DNA of 64,000 nucleotides from Candidatus Marinacidobacterales bacterium (GTDB taxonomy: Bacteria; Acidobacteriota; Vicinamibacteria; Marinacidobacterales; SMYC01), in contig CBDCYI010000011.1 in assembly GCA_965224085.1 (NCBI GenBank), positions 608,001 through 672,000 on the forward strand, read 5' to 3'. The notes under the pieces are model-generated. The model saw only the letters and a program-made list of their open reading frames with translations, searched no databases and was not told the DNA's origin. Made by a program: the position numbers and the translations under genes. Below are positions 20,739-31,083 of this stretch, piece by piece (within the stretch, counting starts at the first letter, position 1; the number at the start of each line of letters is the position of its first letter).

Positions 20739-22445
20739 TCGGAACTCAGCAAAGTGCTGGACGATGGCCGCCCGGATGTGAGAGGCTAGCTTCAACTTGT
20801 AGTGGAGCGCCTCCTCCGGGGGCCATCCAAACATCAGAACCCCGGTCGTTTGTAGCGGCTGGGGCTCACTATTGTCGCACAGCAGGTTCACCCTCTTCTT
20901 GCCGGCGCGAGACGATCTGACTGACTCGCGCCAAAGGCGCGAGAGGATGCTGGCCTCGCGCCAGAGGCGCGGGATGAGGCCTTGTACACAGACATTTCCT
21001 ACCGACTCTTCCCGCAACACACGCTTTCGCTGCACTGATGCTTCGGCAAGCGTACAGGGCTACTACGTCCATTGGTCCGGTGACAGCGGGAAGATCCACT
21101 GGAGTCTCGGACCGGAGCTCTACACGCTTTCGCTCGACCCGACCCTCGAGCTCGAGGGCGAAGCGGCGCGGACTGCAATCGGTTTCATGACCGCGAGCGA
21201 CCAGCCGTCCGGGAGCATCACGCTCGTCGGTGCCCGCATCGTCACGATGGACGGGGACCGTGTGATCGAGAACGGGACCGTGGTCGTGGACGAGAACCGC
21301 ATCACGGCGGTGGGACCGTCCGATTCCGTGTCGGTGCCGTCCGGCGCCACGCGCATCGATGTCTCTGGCCGCACGATCATTCCGGGCATCGTGGACGTCC
21401 ACGCTCACGTCGGAAGCGAGAGCGGGGGTATCCTCTCGGAGCAAAACTGGAGATTCGTCGCGAACGTGGCCTATGGCGTGACCACCTCGCACGATCCTTC
21501 GAACGGTACGGAGATGGTGTTCACCAACTCCGAGATGATCCGCGCGGGCAAGAAGCTCGGCCCGAGACTCTACTCGACCGGCACGATTCTCTACGGCGCC
21601 GAAACCCCGTTCAAAGCCGTCATCGAGAAATACGACGACGCGCTCGCGCATCTCCGGCGCCTGAAGGCTGTGGGTGCCTTCTCCGTCAAGAGCTACAACC
21701 AGCAGCGTCGTGATGTACGCCAGATGATCATCAAAGCGGCGCGCGAGCTCGAGATGATGGTCGTCCCCGAAGGCGGCTCGCTTCTCTATATGGACGAGAC
21801 CTTCGTCTATGACGGCCATACCGGGCTCGAGCATTCGCTCCCCGTGCCGGTTTTATACGACGACGTCGTGAACTTGTACGGGAGAAGTCGTACCGGCTAC
21901 ACGCCCACGCTCATCGTCGGCTATGGCGGTCTCTCGGGCGAGAATTACTGGTACCAGCACGACGAAGTTTGGGCGAACGAGAACCTGCTCCAGTACACGC
22001 CGCGAGAGATCGTGGATGCGCGCGCACGTCGCCGCACGATGGCGCCCGAGGACGATTTCAACCATGTCCTGATCTCGGAAGGCGCGAAGAAGATCCTCGA
22101 CGCGGGAGGGCTCGTCCAGCTCGGCGCCCACGGACAGCTGCAAGGTCTCGGTGCGCACTGGGAGCTCTGGATGCTCGAGCAAGGCGGGATGACGGAGCTC
22201 GAAGCGCTCCGATCCGCCACGCTCATGGGTGCGGAATATATCGGCCTCGACGGCGAGCTCGGCTCGATCGAGGAAGGCAAGCTCGCCGACCTCGTCGTGC
22301 TCGGCAAAAACCCACTCGAGAACATCCGGAACAGCGAGAGCGTTCAGATGGTCATGCTCAACGGCCGGCTCTACGACGCGGCAACGATGAGCGAGATCGG
22401 GAACCATCCCAAGGAGCGAAAGCCGTTCTACTGGCAGTCTGCGCG

Positions 22446-22733
22446 ATGAGCCTGCTCATGCTTCTGCTGCTTGCTCAGTTCAACTACGATGCGAAAGAGG
22501 CGCTCGCTGTGGACGCGTCGGAGGTCGAGCTCGTCGAGGGCGCGCGCTTGCAGGAAATCTCCTATGCGAGTCCCAAAGGCGGGCGCGTCCCCGGATATTT
22601 GATCGCGCCTCAAGGCGCCGGACCGCATGCGGGCATCGTGTTCGTTCACTGGGGCCAGGGAAACCGTACCGAGTTCGTCGCGGCCACCCAGGCCGCGATG
22701 AGGCGTATCGCTTCCGACGCTACCCAGCCATAG
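22446..22733 (+). pseudogene. Alpha/beta hydrolase N-terminal fragment
   Basis: Signal peptide, ISYASPKGGRVPGYL, VFVHWGQG; truncated. Confidence 0.55.
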
Positions 22734-22872
22734 GATCCTCAGGAAGTCGACCGGTGCGGTCGCGCAGCGCTTTGTAAGCCAGCGGTTTTCGAAGTGAGAT
22801 TTGCGGAGTCTTGCAGGTCTCGCTGCTTCGCTGATAGTATGACCCATTCTCGCGGACGGTAGCGGAGGTTCG

Positions 22873-23406
22873 ATGCTACGCGCAGTTTCTTCCTTGCTCG
22901 TCGTACTCCTGGAGAGTCTCGGGGGATTGTGCTTCCTTCCAAAGATGCTCCTCGCCGACGAGGGCATTCCAGTCGAGAGCGAGTTCGTCCGCAACGCCTG
23001 CGGATCCTGCCACCCCACCGACGAGCGCAACCTGGTGAGTCGCGTCTCCTATTTGAGGAAGACACCGGAAGGATGGCAGCAGACTCTGAAACGGATGATT
23101 CGTCTTGGTCAACCAGAAAATGGAATGGCCCGCCTCGGCGGCGTCCAGTTCCCGAAGCGCTTCGTTCAATTCGAGGCGGTAGCCCTTCATCGCGGACCGG
23201 ACGGGAAGCGGTTCACGGATGACGATATCGACCTGGGACCGGTGAAGGCTGACTGGAGCCTGGAGGAGTCCGGTGCGGGGGACGCGATTCTCGTCTACGA
23301 CACCTCCACGTTGAACCTCATGCAGTCGGTTTTTGCCGGAGGCGACGTCATGCTTCCCGCGCGAGCACTTCCTCGCTCCGTGCTCACAGGGACCGACCAG
23401 TTTTGA
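22873..23406 (+). pseudogene. Collapsed quinohemoprotein amine dehydrogenase alpha (and possibly beta) subunit remnant
   Basis: CGSCH heme motif followed by RKTPEGWQQTLKRM, then MARLGG..QFEAVA..GPDG..TDDD, then a propeller-like tail. Confidence 0.65.
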
Positions 23407-24350
23407 CCAGACAGATAGCCGCCGCGCTCGTTTTGCTGGCGTCAATATGCGTCATGGGTCAAACGCAGTCGAAACCCCCGCGCACACCTGACGGACAGCC
23501 CGATCTGCAAGGGCTCTGGACGAACGAGACCATTACGCCGTTCGAGCGACCCAGTCAGCTTGCCGGAAAAGCGTTCTTCACGGAAGAAGAAGCCGCTGAA
23601 TTGGAGCAGCGAACGGCTCGACGCCGCGCCGAAAGCGACAGCACCCCTAGACCCGGCGTCGTCGGCAGCTACAATCGGATCTGGTTCGACTCGGGAGAGA
23701 AGGTGCTCTCGACGCGGCAAACGTCGCTCGTCGTGGATCCACCCGATGGAAGAGTTCCCGTTCGGCCCGAAGCGGAGCAGAAACGGGACTTTAACTTTGC
23801 CCACAACGCCGATTCCTACGAGTACATGAGCGTGTGGGACCGCTGCCTCTCTCGCGGGATACCGGGCTCGATGTTTCCCGCCGGCTACAACAACGCCTAT
23901 CGGATTCTGCAGGTCCCCGGATATGTCGTGATTCTCTACGAGATGATCCACGACGCGCGCATCATCCCCATCGACGCACGCCCGCACATCGCACCGAACA
24001 TCCGACAGTGGATGGGAGACGCACGCGGCCGCTGGGAAGAGGATACGCTCGTCGTCGAGACGACGAACTTCCACGACCGGGGCTGGATTGCGTCGAGTAG
24101 CGCGGGAGGACGCATCAAGGGTATTCCCACGAGCGACGCGCTTTACGTGGTCGAGCGCTTCACCCGCGTCGACGAAGACACTATCCAGTACGAAGTCACG
24201 ATCGAAGACCCGAACGTTTACACGAAACCCTGGACCGTGGCGATGCCGTTGACGCGGGATCCGGACTATCGGATCTTCGAGTACGCGTGTCACGAGGGGA
24301 ATCGAGCCGTGACGAACGTCCTCGCTGGAGCCCGCGCCCAGGAGAGGTGA
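23403..24350 (+). CDS. Secreted conserved hypothetical protein (PRTPDGxPDLQG family)
   Basis: PRTPDGQPDLQGLW, GRWEEDTLVVETTNF, FEYACHEGN. Confidence 0.8.
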   Translation: MTRQIAAALVLLASICVMGQTQSKPPRTPDGQPDLQGLWTNETITPFERPSQLAGKAFFTEEEAAELEQRTARRRAESDSTPRPGVVGSYNRIWFDSGEKVLSTRQTSLVVDPPDGRVPVRPEAEQKRDFNFAHNADSYEYMSVWDRCLSRGIPGSMFPAGYNNAYRILQVPGYVVILYEMIHDARIIPIDARPHIAPNIRQWMGDARGRWEEDTLVVETTNFHDRGWIASSSAGGRIKGIPTSDALYVVERFTRVDEDTIQYEVTIEDPNVYTKPWTVAMPLTRDPDYRIFEYACHEGNRAVTNVLAGARAQER

Positions 24351-24354
24351 CGCG

Positions 24355-25016
24355 ATGCGTAAGAGCGTTCCGGCGGGCGTGACGATGGTGCTCTTGTTGG
24401 CGGCTGGGCCCTCCACCGGCCAGACGACCGATGGGACGCGGCCGCGCACCGCGTGGGGTGAGCCGGACCTCCAGGGAATCTGGACAAACGCGACCACCAA
24501 TTCACCGATCGAGCTCCCAGAGCCGGCGATCCCGGCACCTACAATCAAGTCTGGTTCGACCGGGGAACCCAGGTGGTGGCGAGCGGGCGGACGTCCCTGA
24601 TCATCGATCCCGCTCGATGGTCGTGCGCACCTCGGACCCAAAACTCCCCAGTGGCTCGGGGATGCGCGCGGACGTTGGGAGGGCGACACGCTGGTCGTCG
24701 AGACCACGAATTTCGCCGACAAGACGCACTACTGGTGGGCCGCATCCTGGCGAGCATCGCGTCCGTCCTTGCGCCTCGTCGAGCGTTTCACGCGCATCGA
24801 CGACGAGACGATCGACTACCAGTTCACGATGCACGATCCCGAAAGCTTTACGAAGCCCTGGACAGCGTCGATCCCATGACGACGAACCGGGCCGCTCGCG
24901 GCGTGACGGTCGGACAGTTGTTCGAATATGCATGCCACGAAGGGAATTACAGTATCGTGAACGTCCTCAGTGGCACACGCGCAGGGGAGCGAGCCGCGGA
25001 GACGGAACGCCGTTAA
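24355..25016 (+). pseudogene. Degraded tandem paralog of 23403-24350
   Basis: PRTAWGEPDLQGIW, RTSLIIDP and FEYACHEGN are spread across frames. Confidence 0.75.
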
Positions 25017-25117
25017 CGAAAGCCAAACCCAAGCCACTGAATTCGTCGACCGAACTGTGCCCGGACACAGTTGAGCAAAAGACGAACCAAATCGGCAACA
25101 TCCCTCGTCAACGACGT

Positions 25118-25696
25118 TCATCCGCGCGGGGCAAGAACCTCGCCGATCCTTTGGACGAGCACGTCGACTTCATCGTCCTTGAGCATCGCGGCGCCGACTT
25201 CGAGCTCTTCGACCGTCTCCACCTCGACGAACTGGACACCGGCGCTGCGCACGCCGTGGTCATAGGTATAGCGATGCGATTTCTGGATGATGACCTAGTT
25301 CTTCATGCCGCGTAGATCCGGCACCTGGCGGATGAGCTCTTCGTTCGTCCCGGTGATGCATGCGGCGGTGCCTAGCGTCATGGAGGACGTCGCTCCACCG
25401 GTCACCATCGCGGCTTCGCACCCTATTAATGATGCGAGGCGCTTGCCGACGGAATCCTGGAGCTCTTCCATGATGACGTTCCGCTGGCGGGCATATTCCA
25501 TGGCCTCGACGACTTCGGGCCACATGTTCCGTCCGCCGAGAGCGGAGTAGGCGGCTGCCGCATTGATGAAAGGCTGCACGCCGATGTCTGCAAAGTAGTC
25601 CCGTCCGATTTCCTGGGCGAGACCCGTCTGCGAGCCAATCATGGTCGACGCCGGGAGAGCACCCAATCCTTTGAGGAAAGACCTTCGGTTCGTCAT
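25118..25696 (-). pseudogene. SelA-like PLP-dependent enzyme with Tat signal; frameshifted and internally deleted
   Basis: NRRSFLK, PFINAAAAYSALGG, EAAMVTGGA; continues as VIIQKSHRYTYDH in another frame. Confidence 0.7.
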
Positions 25697-25707
25697 AACT
25701 ACCACGG

Positions 25708-27024
25708 TCACTCTTTCGTGATCCGGTAGAGCTTCGAAGCCGTGCGGATCAGCAAGCTGTCGCGCACGACGGCGGGCGTCGAAAGCACGACCTCGTCGAG
25801 CGAGTTTTCGCCCACGACCTCGAAGTCTTTGCCGGCTTGAATCACGTAAGTCACGCCTTCTTCACTCAGGCAAAAGATCTTTCCGGCGTAAGCCCAAGGC
25901 GAAGTCGTGAAAGCGCCGGCTGTGGGAGCGATGCGTTTTTTTCCGTAGATCTCTTCACCCGTTTTCGCGTTGTGCGCTGTGAAGAAGCCGCGGTCGAAGA
26001 GCGTGTAATACGTGTCGCCGAGGATGACGGGCGAGGGGTTGTAGGAACCCGCGGTTTTTAGGTGCCAGACGATGGAGCCGTTGCTCGTCTCGCCTGTCGC
26101 GAGGCTGATGTCGCCCGAAGCGCCGGGCTTGATCGCGTAGACTGGGCGCAGGTCGTCCCCCACATAACCTGAAGAGATATAGAGAAGACCGAACTTCGAG
26201 AACGGTGTCGGGATCGCGATCGTCGACATGCCGGATAGAGACCAAAGCTCCTTGCCGCTTTGATCGTAGGAGCGGTTTTTCTTGCTCCCCGTCGTGATGA
26301 TCTCGGTTCGCAGGTCATTCTTCCAGATATAAGGCGTCGAAAAGTTGCTTCCCTCGTCGCGGCTCACGCGCCAGACGGCGTCGCCTTTTTGAGTGTCGAA
26401 CGCCGCGATGTAGGAAGCGGTCTCGTTGTCGTTGACGATGTAGAGGCGCTCGCCATCGGAGACCGGAGAGGCGGACGTTCCCCAGCCGTTGCGCGTCTCG
26501 ACCGGCTCGAGGCGTTGGTTCCAGAGAGGCTCGCCGTTGTGATCGAACGCGAACACGCCGAGATTGCCAAAATAGGCGTAGACGCGATGAGCGTCGACGA
26601 GCGGCGTCTCGGATGCGTAGCTGTTTTTGAGATGGCGCGCTTGGCTCGGATAGCCGCGATGCACTTCGCGTTCCCATAGGATCTTCCCCGAACTCCAATC
26701 GAGTGCTAAGACGATGAAGCGATGCTCTCCGGCCGGGATGTCCTGAGGGCCACCGGAGTAGAGCCCGGTCTTCGGCGCGCTGGCGGACTGACTCGAAACG
26801 ACGGAGGTCAGGAAGATGCGGTCCCCCCAAAGGACGGGTGAGGACCATCCTCGGCCCGGTATCGTGGTTTTCCAAGCGACGTTGTCCGTCGTGCTCCACG
26901 TATCGGGGAGGCCGGAAGCCTCGACTTCGCCCGATGAATGCGGGCCCCGGAACTGCGGCCAATTGTCTTCGGCGAGAGCGGTCGAGCTAGCGAGGGCGGT
27001 GAGCGCTATCCATCGAATGAGCAT
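25708..27024 (-). CDS. PQQ-binding-like beta-propeller protein
   Basis: DNWPQFRGP, WSSPV, ASETP, SASPV, STP repeats. Confidence 0.9.
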   Translation of the reverse strand: MLIRWIALTALASSTALAEDNWPQFRGPHSSGEVEASGLPDTWSTTDNVAWKTTIPGRGWSSPVLWGDRIFLTSVVSSQSASAPKTGLYSGGPQDIPAGEHRFIVLALDWSSGKILWEREVHRGYPSQARHLKNSYASETPLVDAHRVYAYFGNLGVFAFDHNGEPLWNQRLEPVETRNGWGTSASPVSDGERLYIVNDNETASYIAAFDTQKGDAVWRVSRDEGSNFSTPYIWKNDLRTEIITTGSKKNRSYDQSGKELWSLSGMSTIAIPTPFSKFGLLYISSGYVGDDLRPVYAIKPGASGDISLATGETSNGSIVWHLKTAGSYNPSPVILGDTYYTLFDRGFFTAHNAKTGEEIYGKKRIAPTAGAFTTSPWAYAGKIFCLSEEGVTYVIQAGKDFEVVGENSLDEVVLSTPAVVRDSLLIRTASKLYRITKE

Positions 27025-27032
27025 GATGGAGG

Positions 27033-27599
27033 TTATTGACTCTGGCTCGAGCGGTCAAGCGTCGGCGCTGGTAGAGACCCGAGGACTTGCTCGACCGCAA
27101 GACCGATCGCGAGAATCTCGCGATCGTTTCCAGTGGGACCATCCAGCTCAATGGACACCGGCAAGCCTTCGTTGCTGAGTCCAGCCGGTAACACGACGCC
27201 GGGGAGGCCCGCGGTGCTGCCCGGTGCGATGTTTCGGGACATTGCCTTCGTGAACTCGATCGTCTCGCCGCCGATCTCGATGACGGAGTCGTCGGAGCTC
27301 TGGTCGATCGGGACTGCAGGAACGAGCGTCACCGGAAACAGCCTTGCGTCGACGCGGTGGTGTGCGAAATAGGCGCGCAACGTCTCTCGGAGCGCGGGTA
27401 AGTGGACGTCTTTCGCTTCTTGGTAGGCCTCGTCGGACACGCCGCTCGAGGCGCCGGGCAGGGTGTAGAGCTCGAAGCTGTTCTTGATGTCGGTGCTGAC
27501 GGCTGCGAACAGCTCCTCGAAAGAGATCCCGGCGTCGAACTCTTGTAGGTATTGCGTCACCATCGGGAGCCGAGCCTGCGTCACGACCCAAAGCAGCAC
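27033..27599 (-). pseudogene. Amidase C-terminal fragment
   Basis: RNIAPGSTAGLPGVVLPAG..GLPVSIELDG..DREILAIG; catalytic N-terminus absent. Confidence 0.7.
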
Positions 27600-27600
27600 C

Positions 27601-28030
27601 CAACGCGACGCCCGAGCTCGAAGCGGACCAAAAGCGACAGGCTGCGACGAAGAGCTATGTAGAAGCCCGCCGCCTGTTCAACAAGCAGCATTACCGCGAG
27701 GCGTTCGGGGCACTCGAAGAAGTGATTTGCCTCGACCCCGCGGAAGCGCCTTACCAGCGACTACTCGGGCGCGCTTGCTCGACGAATCCCAAGTTGAGAG
27801 CGGCCGCGGTGGAACATTTTGAAAAAGCCATCGAGCTCGACGCTCTCGACGCCAGCTCTTACTGGTATCTGGGTGAGCTGTACGAAGACATGGGAAAACA
27901 CGGCGAAGCCAAGAACATGTTCCGCCACGTCCTTGGGCTCGACAGGAAACACACGGGCGCGAGGAAAAAGCTCGCAGCGCGCGGCGGAGTCTTCTCGGGG
28001 CTCAGATCACTGTTCAAGCGCAACCACTAG
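27601..28030 (+). pseudogene. TPR-containing protein C-terminal fragment
   Basis: HFEKAIELD..YLGELY..AKNMFRHVLGLD. Confidence 0.55.
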
Positions 28031-28117
28031 CGCACGCGACTGCGCCGACGTCGGCCTCGACCGGCAGCCCTTCCTAAGTCAGCATACTCCATCCGTTCGA
28101 GAGAGAGGGGCAGAACC

Positions 28118-29073
28118 ATGCAATTTCGCATTCCATTAATCGCCGCAGTTTTTGCCATCGCGTCGCACGTCGCCCAGGCGCAGGATTTCGCCAGCTGGGC
28201 CGTCGAAATGAACCAGAACTACAAGATCGTGCCAGACGTCACTTATCTAGTCGCCGATGGATATGAATCGAAGCTAGACGTCATCGCGCCGCGCGACACG
28301 AGCCGGCGCCTGCCGACGCTTCTCTACATTCACGGCAGGGGTTGGGTCGGCGGCGTCAAGGACACCCACTTTCTCGACTTCCTCCCCTATCTCGAAATGG
28401 GCTTTGCGATCGTCAACGTCGAGTATCGGATGGGACGGGTGGCGTTGGCACCTGGTGCGGTCGAAGATTGCCGGTGCGCTTTGAGGTGGGTTCTCAAGAA
28501 TGCCGAGGAGTACGGTATCGACACGGGGCGCATCGTGGTGAGCGGGCACTCGGCCGGCGGCCACCTTACTCTGACGACCGGCATGCTCACCTCGAGTGTG
28601 GGCCTCGACCGTCGCTGTCCGGCCATCAATCCGGAATCTGCGGGCCGCGTGGACGCGTACGAGCCCGAGATGCCCGTCGCCGCGCTGGTCAACTGGTTTG
28701 GCATCACGGACGTGGCCGTCCTAGTGGAGGGACCCCATGCAAAAACCTACGCGGTGGCGTGGATGGGCGGCCTCGCCAATTGGCGGGAAGTGGCACGCCG
28801 GGTCTCGCCCCTCGAATATGTGCGCGCGGATCTTCCGCCGATCCTGACCCTGCACGGGGATGCGGACGACATCGTGCCTTACAGCCACGCTACCCGCCTC
28901 CATGCGGCGCTCGACAAAGCGGGTGTTCCGAACCAGCTTCACACGATCCCGGGAGGAAGTCATGGCGGCTTCAATCTGAACGAGACCTCGAAGCCATGCG
29001 CATCATCCGTGCTTTTTTGGAGCAGCACGGCATCGTCGCCGGGGCAGCACCGTCCGACAACGGTGCGCATTAG
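28118..29073 (+). CDS. Alpha/beta hydrolase (HSL/BD-FAE-like), frameshift near 28985
   Basis: IHGRGW, GHSAGG, HGDADDIVP, HGGF. Confidence 0.8.
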
Positions 29074-29116
29074 GCGGCGCTGGCGAGGACGTCCGCGCGT
29101 GACGCCGACTACGGGT

Positions 29117-29485
29117 TCATGTTTCGTGTTCCTTGAACACCGCTAGAGCGGTGCCTTGTCCGCTCGCGCCTGCGGCCCAGCCGGCGTAGTGCGCCACGTG
29201 GATCATGAGCTCGAGGATCTCGTCTTTCGTGAGCTTGTCCTCGCCCGTCAGGGCGCCGCGGATGTGCGATTTCAGTTGATCCGGCCGACCTTGCGCGGCG
29301 AGAAGTGCGAGGGTCACGAGCCGGCGATCGCGGATGGAGAGGCCGGGCCGCGTCCAGATCTTGGCGAAGAGGTGGTTGATAGAGGGCTCACGAATCCCTG
29401 TCAACGGTCGATCGGCGGGCTCCGGCTCGCCGAGAACTTTTTCGTACATTTCGACGCCGGCGGGGTCTTTTGGAAGTTCACTCAT
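29117..29485 (-). CDS. Carboxymuconolactone decarboxylase family protein
   Basis: FAKIWTRPGLSIRDRRLVTL, HIRGAL, HVAHYAGW. Confidence 0.85.
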   Translation of the reverse strand: MSELPKDPAGVEMYEKVLGEPEPADRPLTGIREPSINHLFAKIWTRPGLSIRDRRLVTLALLAAQGRPDQLKSHIRGALTGEDKLTKDEILELMIHVAHYAGWAAGASGQGTALAVFKEHET

Positions 29486-29839
29486 GGATAGTCTCCTTAG
29501 CAAAAACGCTTGGCTCGACTCTTTTACCCTGCCAAGGACTGCGATAGAGGATGCGAACAGGCTTCGTACCCATGGCGCTTATAAGCTCGACCACCGCCGG
29601 GCTGAATAAGTTGTCGTCGGCGTGTGGGCGAGTGATGGCCCGTCACCCGATCCCTCTCCCCAGAGCGGAGAGGGACAGCTCGAGCGACGAGGCAATGATG
29701 TCGATGCCACCTCGTCGGGGTCCAATAACGGCGACCTCACTCATGCCAGCTACACCAATGGCAGAGACAGTTTCGTAGGTGGCCTGCTTGGTCCCAGGCA
29801 CGCGGGTCATGCGGATTTGTTCGCACTCGTCGTCTTTTA

Positions 29840-30643
29840 TCACAGAAATTGATGGCCCTCGCAGTCGGCCGGATTTCGGAAAGGAAGGCGGATCGCTACG
29901 GACGTACCCCGGCCGGGCTTGCTGTCCACTTCGATACGCCCACCGTGGTCGTCGACGATCTTGTGAGCGAGGAACAGACCGAATCCCATTCTCACTCGCG
30001 ATTCCTGGCGGAAACCGAAATCGAAGATTTTTCTCACGACCTCCGGCGACATCCCCGATCCCGTATCAGTGATTCGTATCTCGGTATCGCCGTCCGTCAT
30101 GAGCGTCGTGATTTTGATGATGCCCTCGCGCTCGATCGCTTCGATGGCGTTTCGGATCACGTGCATGAACACCTGATTCATCTGAGCCGAGGCGCAGTAC
30201 AGACGGTCGATCGTGCCGCAGCTTCGCTCGAGGGTGATGCGAGCTCCGATCTTCGATTGCAGTAATGCCAGCGCACTCTCGATCCCCACGTGCACATCGA
30301 CGGTCTGATAGGTGGCCTGGTCGACGCGTGAGAAGCTCATCAAGCTGCCGACGATCGTTTCCACGCGATCCGTCGCGGTCGTGATGACTTCCGTGGAATC
30401 GGAAATGATGTCGATCACAGCGTCGAGTCCATTCGCTCGCGTAGTTTCTTCGGACACGGTTGCCTTCAGCTTCTTTGCCGCTTTGAGCACCGTGTCATGC
30501 CCAGCGGTGAGCGCACCCAGTGGTGTATTCAGCTCGTGCGCCACGCCTGCCACGAGATTGCCAAGCGACGCCATCCTCTCTTGCACGAGCATCCAGCACT
30601 CCAGCGCCCTCATCTTTTCGACGTAGCAAAGCCTCTCCTTCAT
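29840..30643 (-). CDS. Sensor histidine kinase (HisKA + HATPase), N-terminus probably damaged
   Basis: MASLGNLVAGVAHELNTP, NQVF..NA, DTGSG, GFGL. Confidence 0.8.
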   Translation of the reverse strand: MKERLCYVEKMRALECWMLVQERMASLGNLVAGVAHELNTPLGALTAGHDTVLKAAKKLKATVSEETTRANGLDAVIDIISDSTEVITTATDRVETIVGSLMSFSRVDQATYQTVDVHVGIESALALLQSKIGARITLERSCGTIDRLYCASAQMNQVFMHVIRNAIEAIEREGIIKITTLMTDGDTEIRITDTGSGMSPEVVRKIFDFGFRQESRVRMGFGLFLAHKIVDDHGGRIEVDSKPGRGTSVAIRLPFRNPADCEGHQFL

Positions 30644-30650
30644 CTCTTTC

Positions 30651-30980
30651 TCAAGCTTCGTGCGCCATCTGCGCCCGTCGCATCTTGCCAGAGAAAAGGT
30701 GGAATGCCAGCGAGAAGCCCTCGTCCTGCAGGTCCCGTTCGAAATCGAAATCCTCCGCGGCCAGGATCAATGGCTCGAGCGCAGCTCGCGTCACGATCTC
30801 GATGGCGACCCGGTAAGATCGCGGCAGTTGCACGAGCGCCTCGCCCTCGGTCAAGCGGATCAGATCCTCGCAGGTGAGGGTTTTGTCGAGCTCGAGCGCG
30901 GCATGCCCATGCAGAGCAGTGCAGTAGTGGTTGCCTGCCCGAGAGGAAATGTTGAAAAGAACGAGCTGCTTGAGCAGCAT
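30651..30980 (-). pseudogene. AhpD/CMD-like domain fragment
   Basis: LKQLVLFNISSRAGNHYCTALHG. Confidence 0.4.
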
Positions 30981-31083
30981 GGTAGGCGGTGGTTGTTCAC
31001 TTGAAATTTGAAACGGCTCCCCCTCGAGTGGTTTGATGACGTTGTCAAAAAGCGAAATCAAGCCGCTCAAGAAAGGAGCCGAT

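Larger units (their letters stand above)
18416..21058 (-). mobile_element. IS110-family element with two accessory ORFs (2.64 kb)
   Basis: GG core duplicated at 18416-17 and 21057-58; excision restores the host ORF; the circle junction forms TTGATC-17 nt-TACGCT. Confidence 0.88.
16650..22449 (+). pseudogene. TolB/PD40-repeat amidohydrolase split by the IS110 element
   Basis: Joining 16650-18417 to 21059-22449 restores the frame (...VSGD-M-GYYVHWSGD...), 1052 aa, with DVHAH, GAHGQ, GKLAD. Confidence 0.9.

Noticed and set aside
20872-21057. N-terminal 62 aa of ORF 20872-22449
   Set aside because: Read-through from the IS110 end; the real coding sequence resumes at 21058
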